In this document: positions 52,438-61,775 of the stretch, one piece after another | How positions within the stretch are numbered: position 1 is the stretch's first letter | Layout: every line of letters begins with the position of its first letter | Source: Caulobacter sp. | Lineage (GTDB): Bacteria > Pseudomonadota > Alphaproteobacteria > Caulobacterales > Caulobacteraceae | Length of the DNA: 64,000 nucleotides | Direction: 5' to 3' | Assembly: GCA_031426695.1 (NCBI GenBank) | Contig: JASJPM010000007.1 | Span: 383,115-447,114 of the forward strand | Program-made: the position numbers and the translations under genes | Notes under the pieces: generated by a model | The model's database searches: none | The model's input: only the letters and a program-made list of their open reading frames with translations | What the model was told of the DNA's origin: nothing

Positions 52438-52556
52438 TCCGGAACCCCTCAAGCCTTCTGCCCGGTTTGGTCGCAAGATCCGTTCCAGACGGAACAGGCG
52501 ACCGAACGCCGTGACATACGCCCGGCGGGCCTAAGGTTCTCTTTATGGGAACGGCG

Positions 52557-53057
52557 TTATTCGACTCGCTGTCCGAGCATGTTGCCCGGCGGGGAATAGC
52601 GGCAGACCAGATAGTCCTGGGTGCGGCTGCTGCCCCGCGCGCAGCCGATCGCCGTCGTGCCGCGCCAGATGGCCTGTGTATAATGCCCCACGTCCTGCCA
52701 GCGGCCGGTGCGGCTGACGTCCGGAAAGACGCCGACGCGATAGTCGGCGGCCTCGGCGAACCAGCTGCGCATCAGGACGGCGTCGGAGAACCAGCCGCGC
52801 GCGCCCATCGACAGGTTCTCGCCCTGCCCCCGCCGGATCTCCCAGGGCGAATGCTCCATGCGGTCGCGACGGCCCAGCTCCCGCGCCCAGGCGGCGGCGG
52901 CGGCGGCCAGTTTCGGATCCCAGACAAGCGGCGGCGCCCCGACCTGCTCACGGGCCTCGTTGTGCAGGGCCAGAGCGGTCTCGCGCAGGCTCGGGGCCTG
53001 GGCGTGGGCCGGCGGGGCGACGAGGAGGACCAGGGCGAGGGCGAGCGCGCGATGCAT
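52557..53057 (-). CDS. CAP/SCP domain secreted protein
   Basis: LHNEAREQVGAPPLVWD, GENL, GHYTQAIW, LVCRYSPPGN. Confidence 0.9.
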   Translation of the reverse strand: MHRALALALVLLVAPPAHAQAPSLRETALALHNEAREQVGAPPLVWDPKLAAAAAAWARELGRRDRMEHSPWEIRRGQGENLSMGARGWFSDAVLMRSWFAEAADYRVGVFPDVSRTGRWQDVGHYTQAIWRGTTAIGCARGSSRTQDYLVCRYSPPGNMLGQRVE

Positions 53058-53109
53058 TAGCGGCAGGATGCCTCAACGATCAGGGCGGAACCACGGCGTA
53101 CTGGTGCCC

Positions 53110-53195
53110 GGGACTGCTTCCGGCGCCAGCCGGTAGCTGTCCCTCAACAGTGCTCGATGGTGTCGAGGGACAGCTACGCTTCGCGAAGCCGTCCC
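53110..53195. repeat. Family B palindromic element
   Basis: GGGACTGCTTCCGGC..CCGGTAGCTGTCCCTC / GAGGGACAGCTAC; the left arm is nearly identical to 26413-26446. Confidence 0.8.
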
Positions 53196-53216
53196 GGACC
53201 CCAGGCCGTAACGCCG

Positions 53217-53340
53217 TGCGTCCTTCCCCCGGATCAAGTCCGGGGTCGCCAAGGGCTCGCGCCTCAGGATGACGAGGTCTGTGGACCGCCACCCCCCTCG
53301 TCATGCTGAGGAGCGGCGCAGCCGCGTCGCGAAGCACGCA
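53217..53340. repeat. Family A palindromic repeat, inverted pair (53217-53274 and 53299-53340)
   Basis: Both arms match the consensus; the left arm carries an extra CCCCGGA-TCAAG-TCCGGGG hairpin. Confidence 0.8.
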
Positions 53341-53359
53341 ACGCCTCACAGCGCGCAAG

Positions 53360-53392
53360 AAAAAGCCCCCCGGCGTTGCCGCCGGAGGGCTT
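53360..53392 (-). terminator. Intrinsic terminator of tuf
   Basis: 13-bp stem with one imperfect pair, followed by a U-tract on the minus strand. Confidence 0.8.
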
Positions 53393-53431
53393 GATCGTGT
53401 CAGTCAGCTGTCGCTGATCGGTGAGTAGGTC

Positions 53432-54622
<1,191 letters not shown>

Positions 54623-54663
54623 GTTCTCTACCTTGGGGCTGGCGGCGTATGTGAATAGGAGAC

Positions 54664-54737
54664 TGGAGCGGGTAGCCGGGATCGAACCGGCATCCTCAGC
54701 TTGGAAGGCTGCTGCACTACCATTGTGCTATACCCGC
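54664..54737 (-). tRNA. tRNA-Gly (TCC)
   Basis: GCGGGTATAGCACAATGGTAG...CTTCCAA...GGTTCGATCCCGGCTACCCGCTCCA; CCA encoded. Confidence 0.97.
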
Positions 54738-54811
54738 GCCTTCCGGCGGGATCGCCATAGTCTCCTGCTTCAGTTCGAGGTCCCGGCGCCGGGGACTGAG
54801 CTCATCGCGCG

Positions 54812-54895
54812 TGGTGGGGGAAGTAGGACTCGAACCTACGAAGCTTTCGCAGCGGATTTACAGTCCGCCCCCTTTGCCGCTCGGGACATTCCCCC
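54812..54895 (-). tRNA. tRNA-Tyr (GTA)
   Basis: GGGGGAATGTCCCGAGCGGCAAAGG...CTGTAAA...long variable arm...GGTTCGAGTCCTACTTCCCCCACCA. Confidence 0.97.
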
Positions 54896-54981
54896 TCGCG
54901 CGATGGTGCTCTTTCCTTGGCGGCCAGCCCCTTCGCGGCTAAGCGAAGCGACCTGGGCCCCAAATCGGAGCGCGTCTTATA

Positions 54982-55788
54982 GTGTCCTCGTCTGATGAAC
55001 GCAACGACCGGAAAAAAGGCTTTCGGCATCGACCGGAAAAGTCCGGAAAGCCGCGCCCGCAAAGGGTTTCCGCCACGGACGGGAAGGACTGGCTGTGGGG
55101 TGTGCACGCCGTCGAGGCCGCGCTCGCCAACCCCGCGCGACCCGCGCCGCGCCGACTTCTGGCCACCGAAGACCGCGCCCGGGCGCTGAGTCGGCGCTTC
55201 CCGGGGACCCGGATCGAGACGGTCGAAGGCCACGAAATCGGCCGTCAGCTGCCGCAGGGCGCCGTCCATCAGGGCCTGGCGCTGAAAATCGATCCGCCCG
55301 AAACGCTCTCTATAGAAGACATCGGGTCGCCGGCCGACGGCGTGCTGGTCATGCTCGACCAGCTGACCGATCCGCAGAACGTCGGGGCGATCTTCCGGTC
55401 GGCGGCGGCGTTCGGCGCCAGGGGCATGATCCTGCAGGATCGCCACGCACCGGCGTTATCCGGCGCCCTGGCCAAGGCCGCCGCCGGCGCCGTCGACCGG
55501 CTGCCGCACGCGATTGTCGTTAATCTTTCACGGGCGCTGGAACAGCTCTCCGAAATGGGCTGGCGGATCGTCGGTCTGGACGGCGCCTCCGACGTCGATC
55601 TGGACGTCGCGCTGGACGGCGCCCCGACGGTGCTGGTCATGGGATCGGAGGGGGAAGGCTTGCGCCGCCTGGTGTCGGAGCACTGCGACGTGCTGGCGCG
55701 CATCCCGATGCCCGGCGGGTTCGAGAGCCTGAACGTGTCCAACGCCGCCGCCATCGCCCTGTACGAGGCTGCCCGAAAGCGCGGCTGA
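54982..55788 (+). CDS. rlmB: 23S rRNA (G2251-2'-O)-methyltransferase, SpoU family
   Basis: WLWGVHAV, HQGLAL, DPQNVGAIFRSA, GSEGEG, ESLNVSNAAA. Confidence 0.9.
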   Translation: MSSSDERNDRKKGFRHRPEKSGKPRPQRVSATDGKDWLWGVHAVEAALANPARPAPRRLLATEDRARALSRRFPGTRIETVEGHEIGRQLPQGAVHQGLALKIDPPETLSIEDIGSPADGVLVMLDQLTDPQNVGAIFRSAAAFGARGMILQDRHAPALSGALAKAAAGAVDRLPHAIVVNLSRALEQLSEMGWRIVGLDGASDVDLDVALDGAPTVLVMGSEGEGLRRLVSEHCDVLARIPMPGGFESLNVSNAAAIALYEAARKRG

Positions 55789-55929
55789 ATTCCCCCCTCA
55801 GGTGAACCTGTTACGTGAATCTGAATTAACGGTTTTGATTTCGTCGCCAAGGCGTGGTTCTCTTCGCGCTTCTTAGTGAGCGGGGGCAAATTCGACCCCG
55901 TTTTCTTCGGCATGGGATCGGGGGTTCCG

Positions 55930-57747
55930 ATGTTGAACGGCCTTGTGCGTCTGTCGGCGTGCGTTGCGTCAGGCGTGGCTTTTCTCGCTTTGACCGGATG
56001 TGGCGGAGGGCAGCCGGATGACGGCTATGCCGGTCCGCCTCCGGCTGCCTATGACCGTGGAAGCGCCTCGCCCGTGCTGATGGGCTCGACGCCCTCGGCG
56101 CGGCCGGCTGACGACGCCGGTCTGGCTGGCGGCCTGGGCTCCGGAATGGCCCCTGTCCCCAACCCCGGCGACCTGTCAAAGGCCGACCGCGTCCGTTACT
56201 ACGGCCACAAGTACGACCATCTGCCCGAACCCAAGGGCCCCATCGCCAAGGGCGACGCGGCCGCGCCGTCCTATCCGCTCATCGTGCGGCGCCGGGCCGA
56301 CGGCTCGCTTGAAATCTCGATGCGGCCGATCGCCAACCCCGAGGACATGTCGGCGGCCGAGCGCCGTCGCGTCTACGGCAACCGCTACGCCCCGCGCCCG
56401 ACCGTCGGCTGGTCGCCCCGCCGCCTGTGGCGCGGAGACGCTGCCCCCAAACCGGCTGCGAAGGTCGCCGTCGCTCCCGCCAAGCCCGCCTTCGTCAAAC
56501 CGGCGCCCAAGCCCGTCGTGGCGGCTCCCGTCAAACCTGTGGTGGCCGCGGCCCCCGTCGCCAAGCCGACCGCGCCGCTGAAGACCGCGCCGATCGTGGC
56601 GCCCGCCGCCATCGCCCCGGCCGCAAAGCCGGCGCCCAAGGCGACGCCGGCCGAACAGCTCAGCGCCGCGGTGCGTCCTGAAGTCATGAAGGGCGCCGTC
56701 CTGACAGTGCCGGAAGGCCTGGCCAAGGGCGAGGAGTCCAAGGTTTCCCTCGCCCTGCCCGCCAACCTGATGGACGTCATCAAGCGGGAAGCCGCCAAGC
56801 TGGGCCTGGGCAAGGCCGCGCGGAAGGCCGAGGTGTCCGCCAGCCTGACCGGCGAGGGCTATGAAATCAGCCCCGCCGGCGCCCAGACAAAGCCGCTGAA
56901 GTCCGGCGAGGCCGCGCGCTTCGACTGGAACGTCAAGCCCGGCGCCGGCGACAAGGCCCCGCTGAAGGCCACCGTCGACGGCACGCTGACCGGCGACAAG
57001 AAGGCGAAGACGACCTTCTCGCTCGCCTCGCTCGAACAGGCCGTGGCGCCCGTGGTCGAAGACGCCAAGGCCGCCGCCAAGGGCTTCAAGCTTCCGTCCT
57101 TCTCGCTGCCCAAGCTGTCGCTCAAGTCCCTGGCCATCCCCGGCATGAAGCCGGTGACCCTGCCTGGCGTGGGCGCGGTGCCGTCCGAGAAACTGGTCGG
57201 CGCGGGCTTGGCTCTGCTGGCCTTGCTGCTGGTCATCGCCATGGCCCGCAACGCCAGCGCTTCGCGCGCCCGGTCAGAGCGCCGTCGCAAGTTCCGCACC
57301 ATGCAGGACTACGGGCGGGTCGAAGCCGATCCCGAGCCCGCCCACGCCTCGGTCTCGCAGCCCTACGTCAATCCGATGATCGCCGCGGCGGGCGGCGCCG
57401 TCGCTGGCGCGGCGGTGTCCCACGCCGCTCACGACGATCATCACGGCCATGACGGCCATGGCCACGACGCCCATGCCCATGACGATCATGGCCATGGCGC
57501 CCACGCCGCCGACGGCCATCATGACGACCACGGCCACGGCGCCGATCACGGCCACGGCCACGACGCCCACCCCGTCGCCCACCATCCCGAGCCGGCGCAC
57601 GGCCATGACGACCATGGCCACGACGCCCATGCCCATGACGATCATGGTCATGGCGGCCACGCCGCTGACGGCCATCACGACGACCACGGCCATGACGACC
57701 ACGGCCACGCAAAAGACCATCACCACCCGGAACCCGCCCACGCCTGA
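55930..57747 (+). CDS. Predicted lipoprotein with a C-terminal TM helix and a His/Asp-rich tail (possibly StpX-like)
   Basis: Lipobox LTGC, duplicated 23-aa motif, Pro/Ala/Lys linker, TM LVGAGLALLALLLVIAMA, and about 40 His in the last ~108 aa. Start is 55930 or 55876. Confidence 0.75.
   Translation: MLNGLVRLSACVASGVAFLALTGCGGGQPDDGYAGPPPAAYDRGSASPVLMGSTPSARPADDAGLAGGLGSGMAPVPNPGDLSKADRVRYYGHKYDHLPEPKGPIAKGDAAAPSYPLIVRRRADGSLEISMRPIANPEDMSAAERRRVYGNRYAPRPTVGWSPRRLWRGDAAPKPAAKVAVAPAKPAFVKPAPKPVVAAPVKPVVAAAPVAKPTAPLKTAPIVAPAAIAPAAKPAPKATPAEQLSAAVRPEVMKGAVLTVPEGLAKGEESKVSLALPANLMDVIKREAAKLGLGKAARKAEVSASLTGEGYEISPAGAQTKPLKSGEAARFDWNVKPGAGDKAPLKATVDGTLTGDKKAKTTFSLASLEQAVAPVVEDAKAAAKGFKLPSFSLPKLSLKSLAIPGMKPVTLPGVGAVPSEKLVGAGLALLALLLVIAMARNASASRARSERRRKFRTMQDYGRVEADPEPAHASVSQPYVNPMIAAAGGAVAGAAVSHAAHDDHHGHDGHGHDAHAHDDHGHGAHAADGHHDDHGHGADHGHGHDAHPVAHHPEPAHGHDDHGHDAHAHDDHGHGGHAADGHHDDHGHDDHGHAKDHHHPEPAHA
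57457..57693 (+). repeat. Intragenic direct repeat of about 80 bp (period 156 nt) in the His-rich tail
   Basis: CATGGCCACGACGCCCATGCCCATGACGATCATGG... begins at both 57457 and 57613. Confidence 0.85.
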
Positions 57748-57775
57748 GGCGGGAGCCGGTCGTCATTGAAAAATC

Positions 57776-57811
57776 ACAGCCGACGGCCTCTTGAACGAGG
57801 CCGTCGGCTGT
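57776..57811. promoter_or_regulatory. Perfect 15-bp hairpin just upstream of the terC start
   Basis: ACAGCCGACGGCCTC-TTGAAC-GAGGCCGTCGGCTGT, ending 14 nt before ATG 57826; no U-tract. Confidence 0.6.
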
Positions 57812-57825
57812 CGCATTGAGGCGGC

Positions 57826-58632
57826 ATGCTCGAACAATTCTCCGGCCCCCTCATCGCCCTCGGGCAAGTCCTGATGATCGACCTGGTCCTGGCCGGCGAC
57901 AACGCCGTGGCCGTGGGCCTGGCCGCCGCCGGCCTGGCGGAGAAAGACCGCAAGAAGGCCATCCTCTGGGGTCTGGTCGCGGCCGTGACCATGCGGATCG
58001 GCTTCGCGCTGATCACCACCCAGCTGCTGGGCATCATCGGCCTTCTGTTCGCCGGCGGCCTGCTGCTGCTCTGGGTCTGCTGGCGGATGTGGCGCGAGCT
58101 GAGCCATCAGGCCGAGCCAGAAGAGGCCGACGCCGAGGCGGTGCTCGACACCGACCCGACAACCCAGCCGCGCGCCGGGACCAAGCCCAAGACCTTCCGC
58201 CAGGCCTTCACCCAGATTCTGATCGCCGACCTGTCGATGTCGCTGGACAACGTGCTGGCCGTGGCCGGCGCTGCCCGCGAGCACCCGTTCATCCTGGTCT
58301 TCGGCCTGCTTCTGTCGATCGCGCTGATGGGCGTGGCGGCGACCTACATCGCCAAGCTGCTGCACCGCTATCGCTGGATCGGCTACATCGGCCTGATCGC
58401 GGTGCTCTATGTGGCTCTGAACATGATGTGGGAAGGCCACCGCCAGATCGTCGCCCGTGCCCTCCAGGTCGACTCCTACAACGCCGTGATGCCCGGCTTC
58501 GCCGACATCAAGGCCAAGGAACTGGGCCATAGTTGCAGGGTCGAAAAGGCTGGGACAGTGCGCGATACCTGTCTGGAACAGATACCCGGCGCCGCCGAAG
58601 CCGCGGCAGCGGAAAAGCCCGGCGGACATTAG
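57826..58632 (+). CDS. TerC family (YjbE-type) membrane protein
   Basis: DLVLAGDNAVAV and DLSMSLDNVLAVAGAA signatures; multiple TM segments. Confidence 0.92.
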   Translation: MLEQFSGPLIALGQVLMIDLVLAGDNAVAVGLAAAGLAEKDRKKAILWGLVAAVTMRIGFALITTQLLGIIGLLFAGGLLLLWVCWRMWRELSHQAEPEEADAEAVLDTDPTTQPRAGTKPKTFRQAFTQILIADLSMSLDNVLAVAGAAREHPFILVFGLLLSIALMGVAATYIAKLLHRYRWIGYIGLIAVLYVALNMMWEGHRQIVARALQVDSYNAVMPGFADIKAKELGHSCRVEKAGTVRDTCLEQIPGAAEAAAAEKPGGH

Positions 58633-58645
58633 GGCCCGGACTACA

Positions 58646-58676
58646 CCGCTCATCCCCGCCTACGCGGGATGAGCGG
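58646..58676. terminator. Hairpin between the convergent terC and oxygenase genes
   Basis: CCGCTCATCCC...GGGATGAGCGG (11 bp) followed by ATTT; it also resembles family D arms. Confidence 0.55.
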
Positions 58677-58684
58677 ATTTGGGC

Positions 58685-59410
58685 TCACCGCCCCCGCAGC
58701 CACCCCGTGATCGCCAGCCGGTCGTCGCCGGCGAATAGCGACACCTGCGAAACGGAATGCAGCGCCGGGACCTTCAGGAGGTTCAGGCTGTTGAAGTTCG
58801 GCAGGAAGGCCTCGGCCACGTGGCCGTCGTCGCCGTGGAACATCAACAGGCCGCCCCACTCGATCTTCCAGCGGGGCGTCAGGTTCATCACATAGGCGAA
58901 GTAGCGGTTCTTGCCCTCGACGCCATCGTCATGCGCGGTCAGGAAGTGGCCGCGGCGGTAGCGGGTGACCTGAGCGTCGGCGAAGGCGATTCGCGACTCG
59001 CCGGTGATCTCTCGCATGGCTCCAAGGAACGCCTCGCTGTTGGCGAAATCGACCCAGGCCTTCCAGACGCCGTCCAGCCGGCCGGCCTGGTCCAGATCCC
59101 AGAGCGGGTGGTTGTCGTACAGGTAGTGGAAGCGCTCCGTCGCCGCCTCCTGGGCGGCGCGCCCCATGTCGGTGCGTTGGGCGGGGGTCAGCCCCTCCAG
59201 CCAGGCGGCCGGCAGGTCGACATGGCCCTTGCCTCCCAGGGTGACCGTCTGGAACGGCGTCCGGAGCGTGGCCTCGTCCCGCAGCATCGCCGCCGAGGCC
59301 TTCTCCAGCAGATCGGGAATCTGCACCCGTCCGGTCGCGGCCAGCCGCGCGGCGAGGGCGGCGCGGTCGGCCGCCGTGCGGGATCGCAGGACGGGCCGGG
59401 CCGGGGTCAT
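58685..59410 (-). CDS. 2OG-Fe(II) oxygenase (prolyl-hydroxylase-like)
   Basis: [13 protein letters not shown] (HxD), WGGLLMF, LHSVSQV, RLAITGW. Start ATG 59410. Confidence 0.85.
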   Translation of the reverse strand: MTPARPVLRSRTAADRAALAARLAATGRVQIPDLLEKASAAMLRDEATLRTPFQTVTLGGKGHVDLPAAWLEGLTPAQRTDMGRAAQEAATERFHYLYDNHPLWDLDQAGRLDGVWKAWVDFANSEAFLGAMREITGESRIAFADAQVTRYRRGHFLTAHDDGVEGKNRYFAYVMNLTPRWKIEWGGLLMFHGDDGHVAEAFLPNFNSLNLLKVPALHSVSQVSLFAGDDRLAITGWLRGR

Positions 59411-61119
59411 GCGTCCGCGCCTCCGAAGCGCTGCGTCCACTCGGCGATCTGCTCGTCGGCGATCTTGGCGAACAGCACCGGCGGCACGCCGACCGCCCTG
59501 CCCGGCTCAAGCCGCGTGAGCTCGGCCCTAGCGTCGGTCGACGGCCAGACCGGCGGCCAGGCCTCGCCGAACGACTCGACGATCTTCTCCGCGGCGAACG
59601 GAATGAAGGGCGCCGACACCCGGCCGTAGAGGGCCGACAGGTTCAGGGCCGTGCGCACGACGACGGCGGCGCGCTGCGGATCGGTCTTGATCGCCGTCCA
59701 GGGCGCGGCCTCCTGCAGGTACTCATTGCCGAGCACCCACAGCTGGCGCACCGCCTGAGCGGCCTTGCGCAGCTCGATGGCCTCCATCTGGGCGGTCAGT
59801 TCGGCGAGCTGGGCCGAGACGTCGGCGAACAGCTTCTCTTCCAGCGGGCCGAGCTCGCCGCCCTCGGGGACGCGGCCCTCGAACTTGCTCTCGTTGAACT
59901 TGCCGATCCGGTTGACGAAGTTGCCCAGCACGTTGGCCAGGTCGCTGTTGATGGTCTGGGCGAAATGTTCCCAGGTGAAGGCGGTGTCGGAGCCCTCCGG
60001 CGCATTGGCGGTCAGGTACCAGCGCCACAGGTCAGGCGGCAGCAGCTCCAGGGCCGCGTCCATGAACACGCCGCGCTTGCCGCTGGTCGAAAACTTGCCG
60101 CCGTACCAGTTCAGCCAGTTGAAGGCCTTGAGCCTGTCGACCGTCTTCCACGGCTCCTCGCTGCCCAGGATCGTGGCCGGGAAGCTGACAGTGTGGAAGG
60201 CGACGTTGTCCTTGCCCATGAACTGGACGTACTCGACGTCGGCGGCGCCCTCGTCGGTCCGCCACCAGCGCTTCCAGTCGGCGCCGGTCGCCTCGGACCA
60301 TTCGACGGTGGAGCCGATGTATTCGATGGGGGCGTCGAACCAGACGTAGAAGACCTTGTTCTCGAACCCGGGACGCGGCGCGCCGTTCTGCGTCACCGGG
60401 ATGCCCCACTCCAGGTCGCGGGTGATGCCCCGGTCGAGCAGGCCCTCGTCCAGGTGCTTGTAGGCGATGCCGCGCGTCAGCGCCGGCCAGTCGGCGGACT
60501 TGCTGTCCACCCAGGCGCGGATGCGGTCCTGAAGCTTGCTCTGCAGCAGGTAGAGGTGGCGGGTGTCGCGCACCTCGATGTTCCGCGAGCCGCTGACCGA
60601 GGAGTAGGGATTGATCAGGTCGATCGGGTCCAGCAGCGAGCCGCAGTTGTCGCACTGGTCGCCGCGCGCCTTCTCGAACCCGCACTTCGGGCAGGTCCCC
60701 TCGACGTAGCGGTCCGGCAGGAAGCGCTTGTCGTCGATGGAATAGACCATCTTGTCGACCCGCTCCTCGATCAGGCCCTGCTTCTCCAGCGCCTCGCAGA
60801 AATGCTGGGTAAGGCGGTGGTTGGGCGCATTGGAGCTGCGCCCGAACCAGTCCCAGGACATGCCGAAGGCGGCGGCAAGGTCGCGCTGGATGATGTGGTG
60901 CTCGTCGCAATAGGTCCGCACGTCCTGTCCCCGCTCGGCGGCGGCCAGCTCGGCCGGCGTGCCATGCTCGTCGGTGGCGCAGATGTAGAGGGTCTCGTGT
61001 CCTTGGGCCCGCTTGAACCGCGCGAACACATCGGCCGGCAGCATCGAGCCGGCCAGGTTGCCCAGGTGCTTGATCCCGTTGATGTACGGCAGGGCGGACG
61101 TGATGAGAATACGAGCCAT
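59407..61119 (-). CDS. metG: Methionine--tRNA ligase
   Basis: [15 protein letters not shown], Zn knuckle CPKC...[17 protein letters not shown]. Start ATG 61119. Confidence 0.97.
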   Translation of the reverse strand: MARILITSALPYINGIKHLGNLAGSMLPADVFARFKRAQGHETLYICATDEHGTPAELAAAERGQDVRTYCDEHHIIQRDLAAAFGMSWDWFGRSSNAPNHRLTQHFCEALEKQGLIEERVDKMVYSIDDKRFLPDRYVEGTCPKCGFEKARGDQCDNCGSLLDPIDLINPYSSVSGSRNIEVRDTRHLYLLQSKLQDRIRAWVDSKSADWPALTRGIAYKHLDEGLLDRGITRDLEWGIPVTQNGAPRPGFENKVFYVWFDAPIEYIGSTVEWSEATGADWKRWWRTDEGAADVEYVQFMGKDNVAFHTVSFPATILGSEEPWKTVDRLKAFNWLNWYGGKFSTSGKRGVFMDAALELLPPDLWRWYLTANAPEGSDTAFTWEHFAQTINSDLANVLGNFVNRIGKFNESKFEGRVPEGGELGPLEEKLFADVSAQLAELTAQMEAIELRKAAQAVRQLWVLGNEYLQEAAPWTAIKTDPQRAAVVVRTALNLSALYGRVSAPFIPFAAEKIVESFGEAWPPVWPSTDARAELTRLEPGRAVGVPPVLFAKIADEQIAEWTQRFGGADA

Positions 61120-61274
61120 GGCGGCCGATATAGAGGGGCCCGCGCACAAGCGGAAGCGCCCCGCGACACGCCGTCCGGTATCGCCGTTCGGCGAAGCGGC
61201 ATAACCTTGCGGCACTCGGCGACCGAGCCGGCGAATTTCCGGACCGGTCCTGCGGCAAAATCGGAGGTCTTCGC

Positions 61275-61688
61275 ATGAAGGATGTGAACTGGATCGGCGT
61301 GCTCGCCGCGCTGGCGGCCAGCCAGGCCATCGGCCTTGTCTGGTACGAAATGCTGTTCTCGGCGCAGTGGATGGGGCTGACCGGGATCGCGGTCTCTGAG
61401 AGCGAAGGCTCCTTCGCCATGGCGCTGGGGGCTGTGCAGAACCTTGTTGTCGCCATCGGCCTCGGCTGGCTGGTCGCGCGGACCGGTATGACCGGCTGGG
61501 TCGGCGGCGCGACGGCGGGCCTGATCGCCTGCATCTTCTTCGGGCTGGCGACCATGTCCCTGCGGTTCATCTACGGCGACGACAACCCCGGCCTGATCCC
61601 CATCGACGGCGGTTACATGCTGATCCAGTACGTGGTCAGCGGGGCGCTGGTCGGGGGTGTGAGGCTGGGCAAGACGGCGACGGCCTGA
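61275..61688 (+). CDS. DUF1761 family membrane protein
   Basis: [26 protein letters not shown]; four TM segments. Confidence 0.8.
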   Translation: MKDVNWIGVLAALAASQAIGLVWYEMLFSAQWMGLTGIAVSESEGSFAMALGAVQNLVVAIGLGWLVARTGMTGWVGGATAGLIACIFFGLATMSLRFIYGDDNPGLIPIDGGYMLIQYVVSGALVGGVRLGKTATA

Positions 61689-61696
61689 GACCTGGA

Positions 61697-61724
61697 GCCC
61701 TTCCCCGCGTGGGGAAGGGCTTTT
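61697..61724 (+). terminator. Intrinsic terminator after DUF1761
   Basis: GCCCTTCCCC-GCGT-GGGGAAGGGC-TTTT. Confidence 0.75.
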
Positions 61725-61775
61725 CCCCGGGCGCGCAGGCCGTATAACGAACCTTGGGTTTCGCGGGAGGTAGGG

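Noticed and set aside
53299-53340. CUGAGGA-stem...CGAA in family A arms resembles a hammerhead ribozyme core
   Set aside because: GAAA does not directly follow stem II, and no stem III or NUH cleavage site can be formed.
57274-57769. Met/Val-rich and Thr/Met-rich repetitive ORFs on other frames of the His-rich region
   Set aside because: They are shadows of the CAY/GAY codon repeats of the real gene.
57748-57825. yybP-ykoY (Mn) riboswitch upstream of terC
   Set aside because: The spacer is too short and lacks the four-way junction and conserved loop sequences; only a simple hairpin is present.
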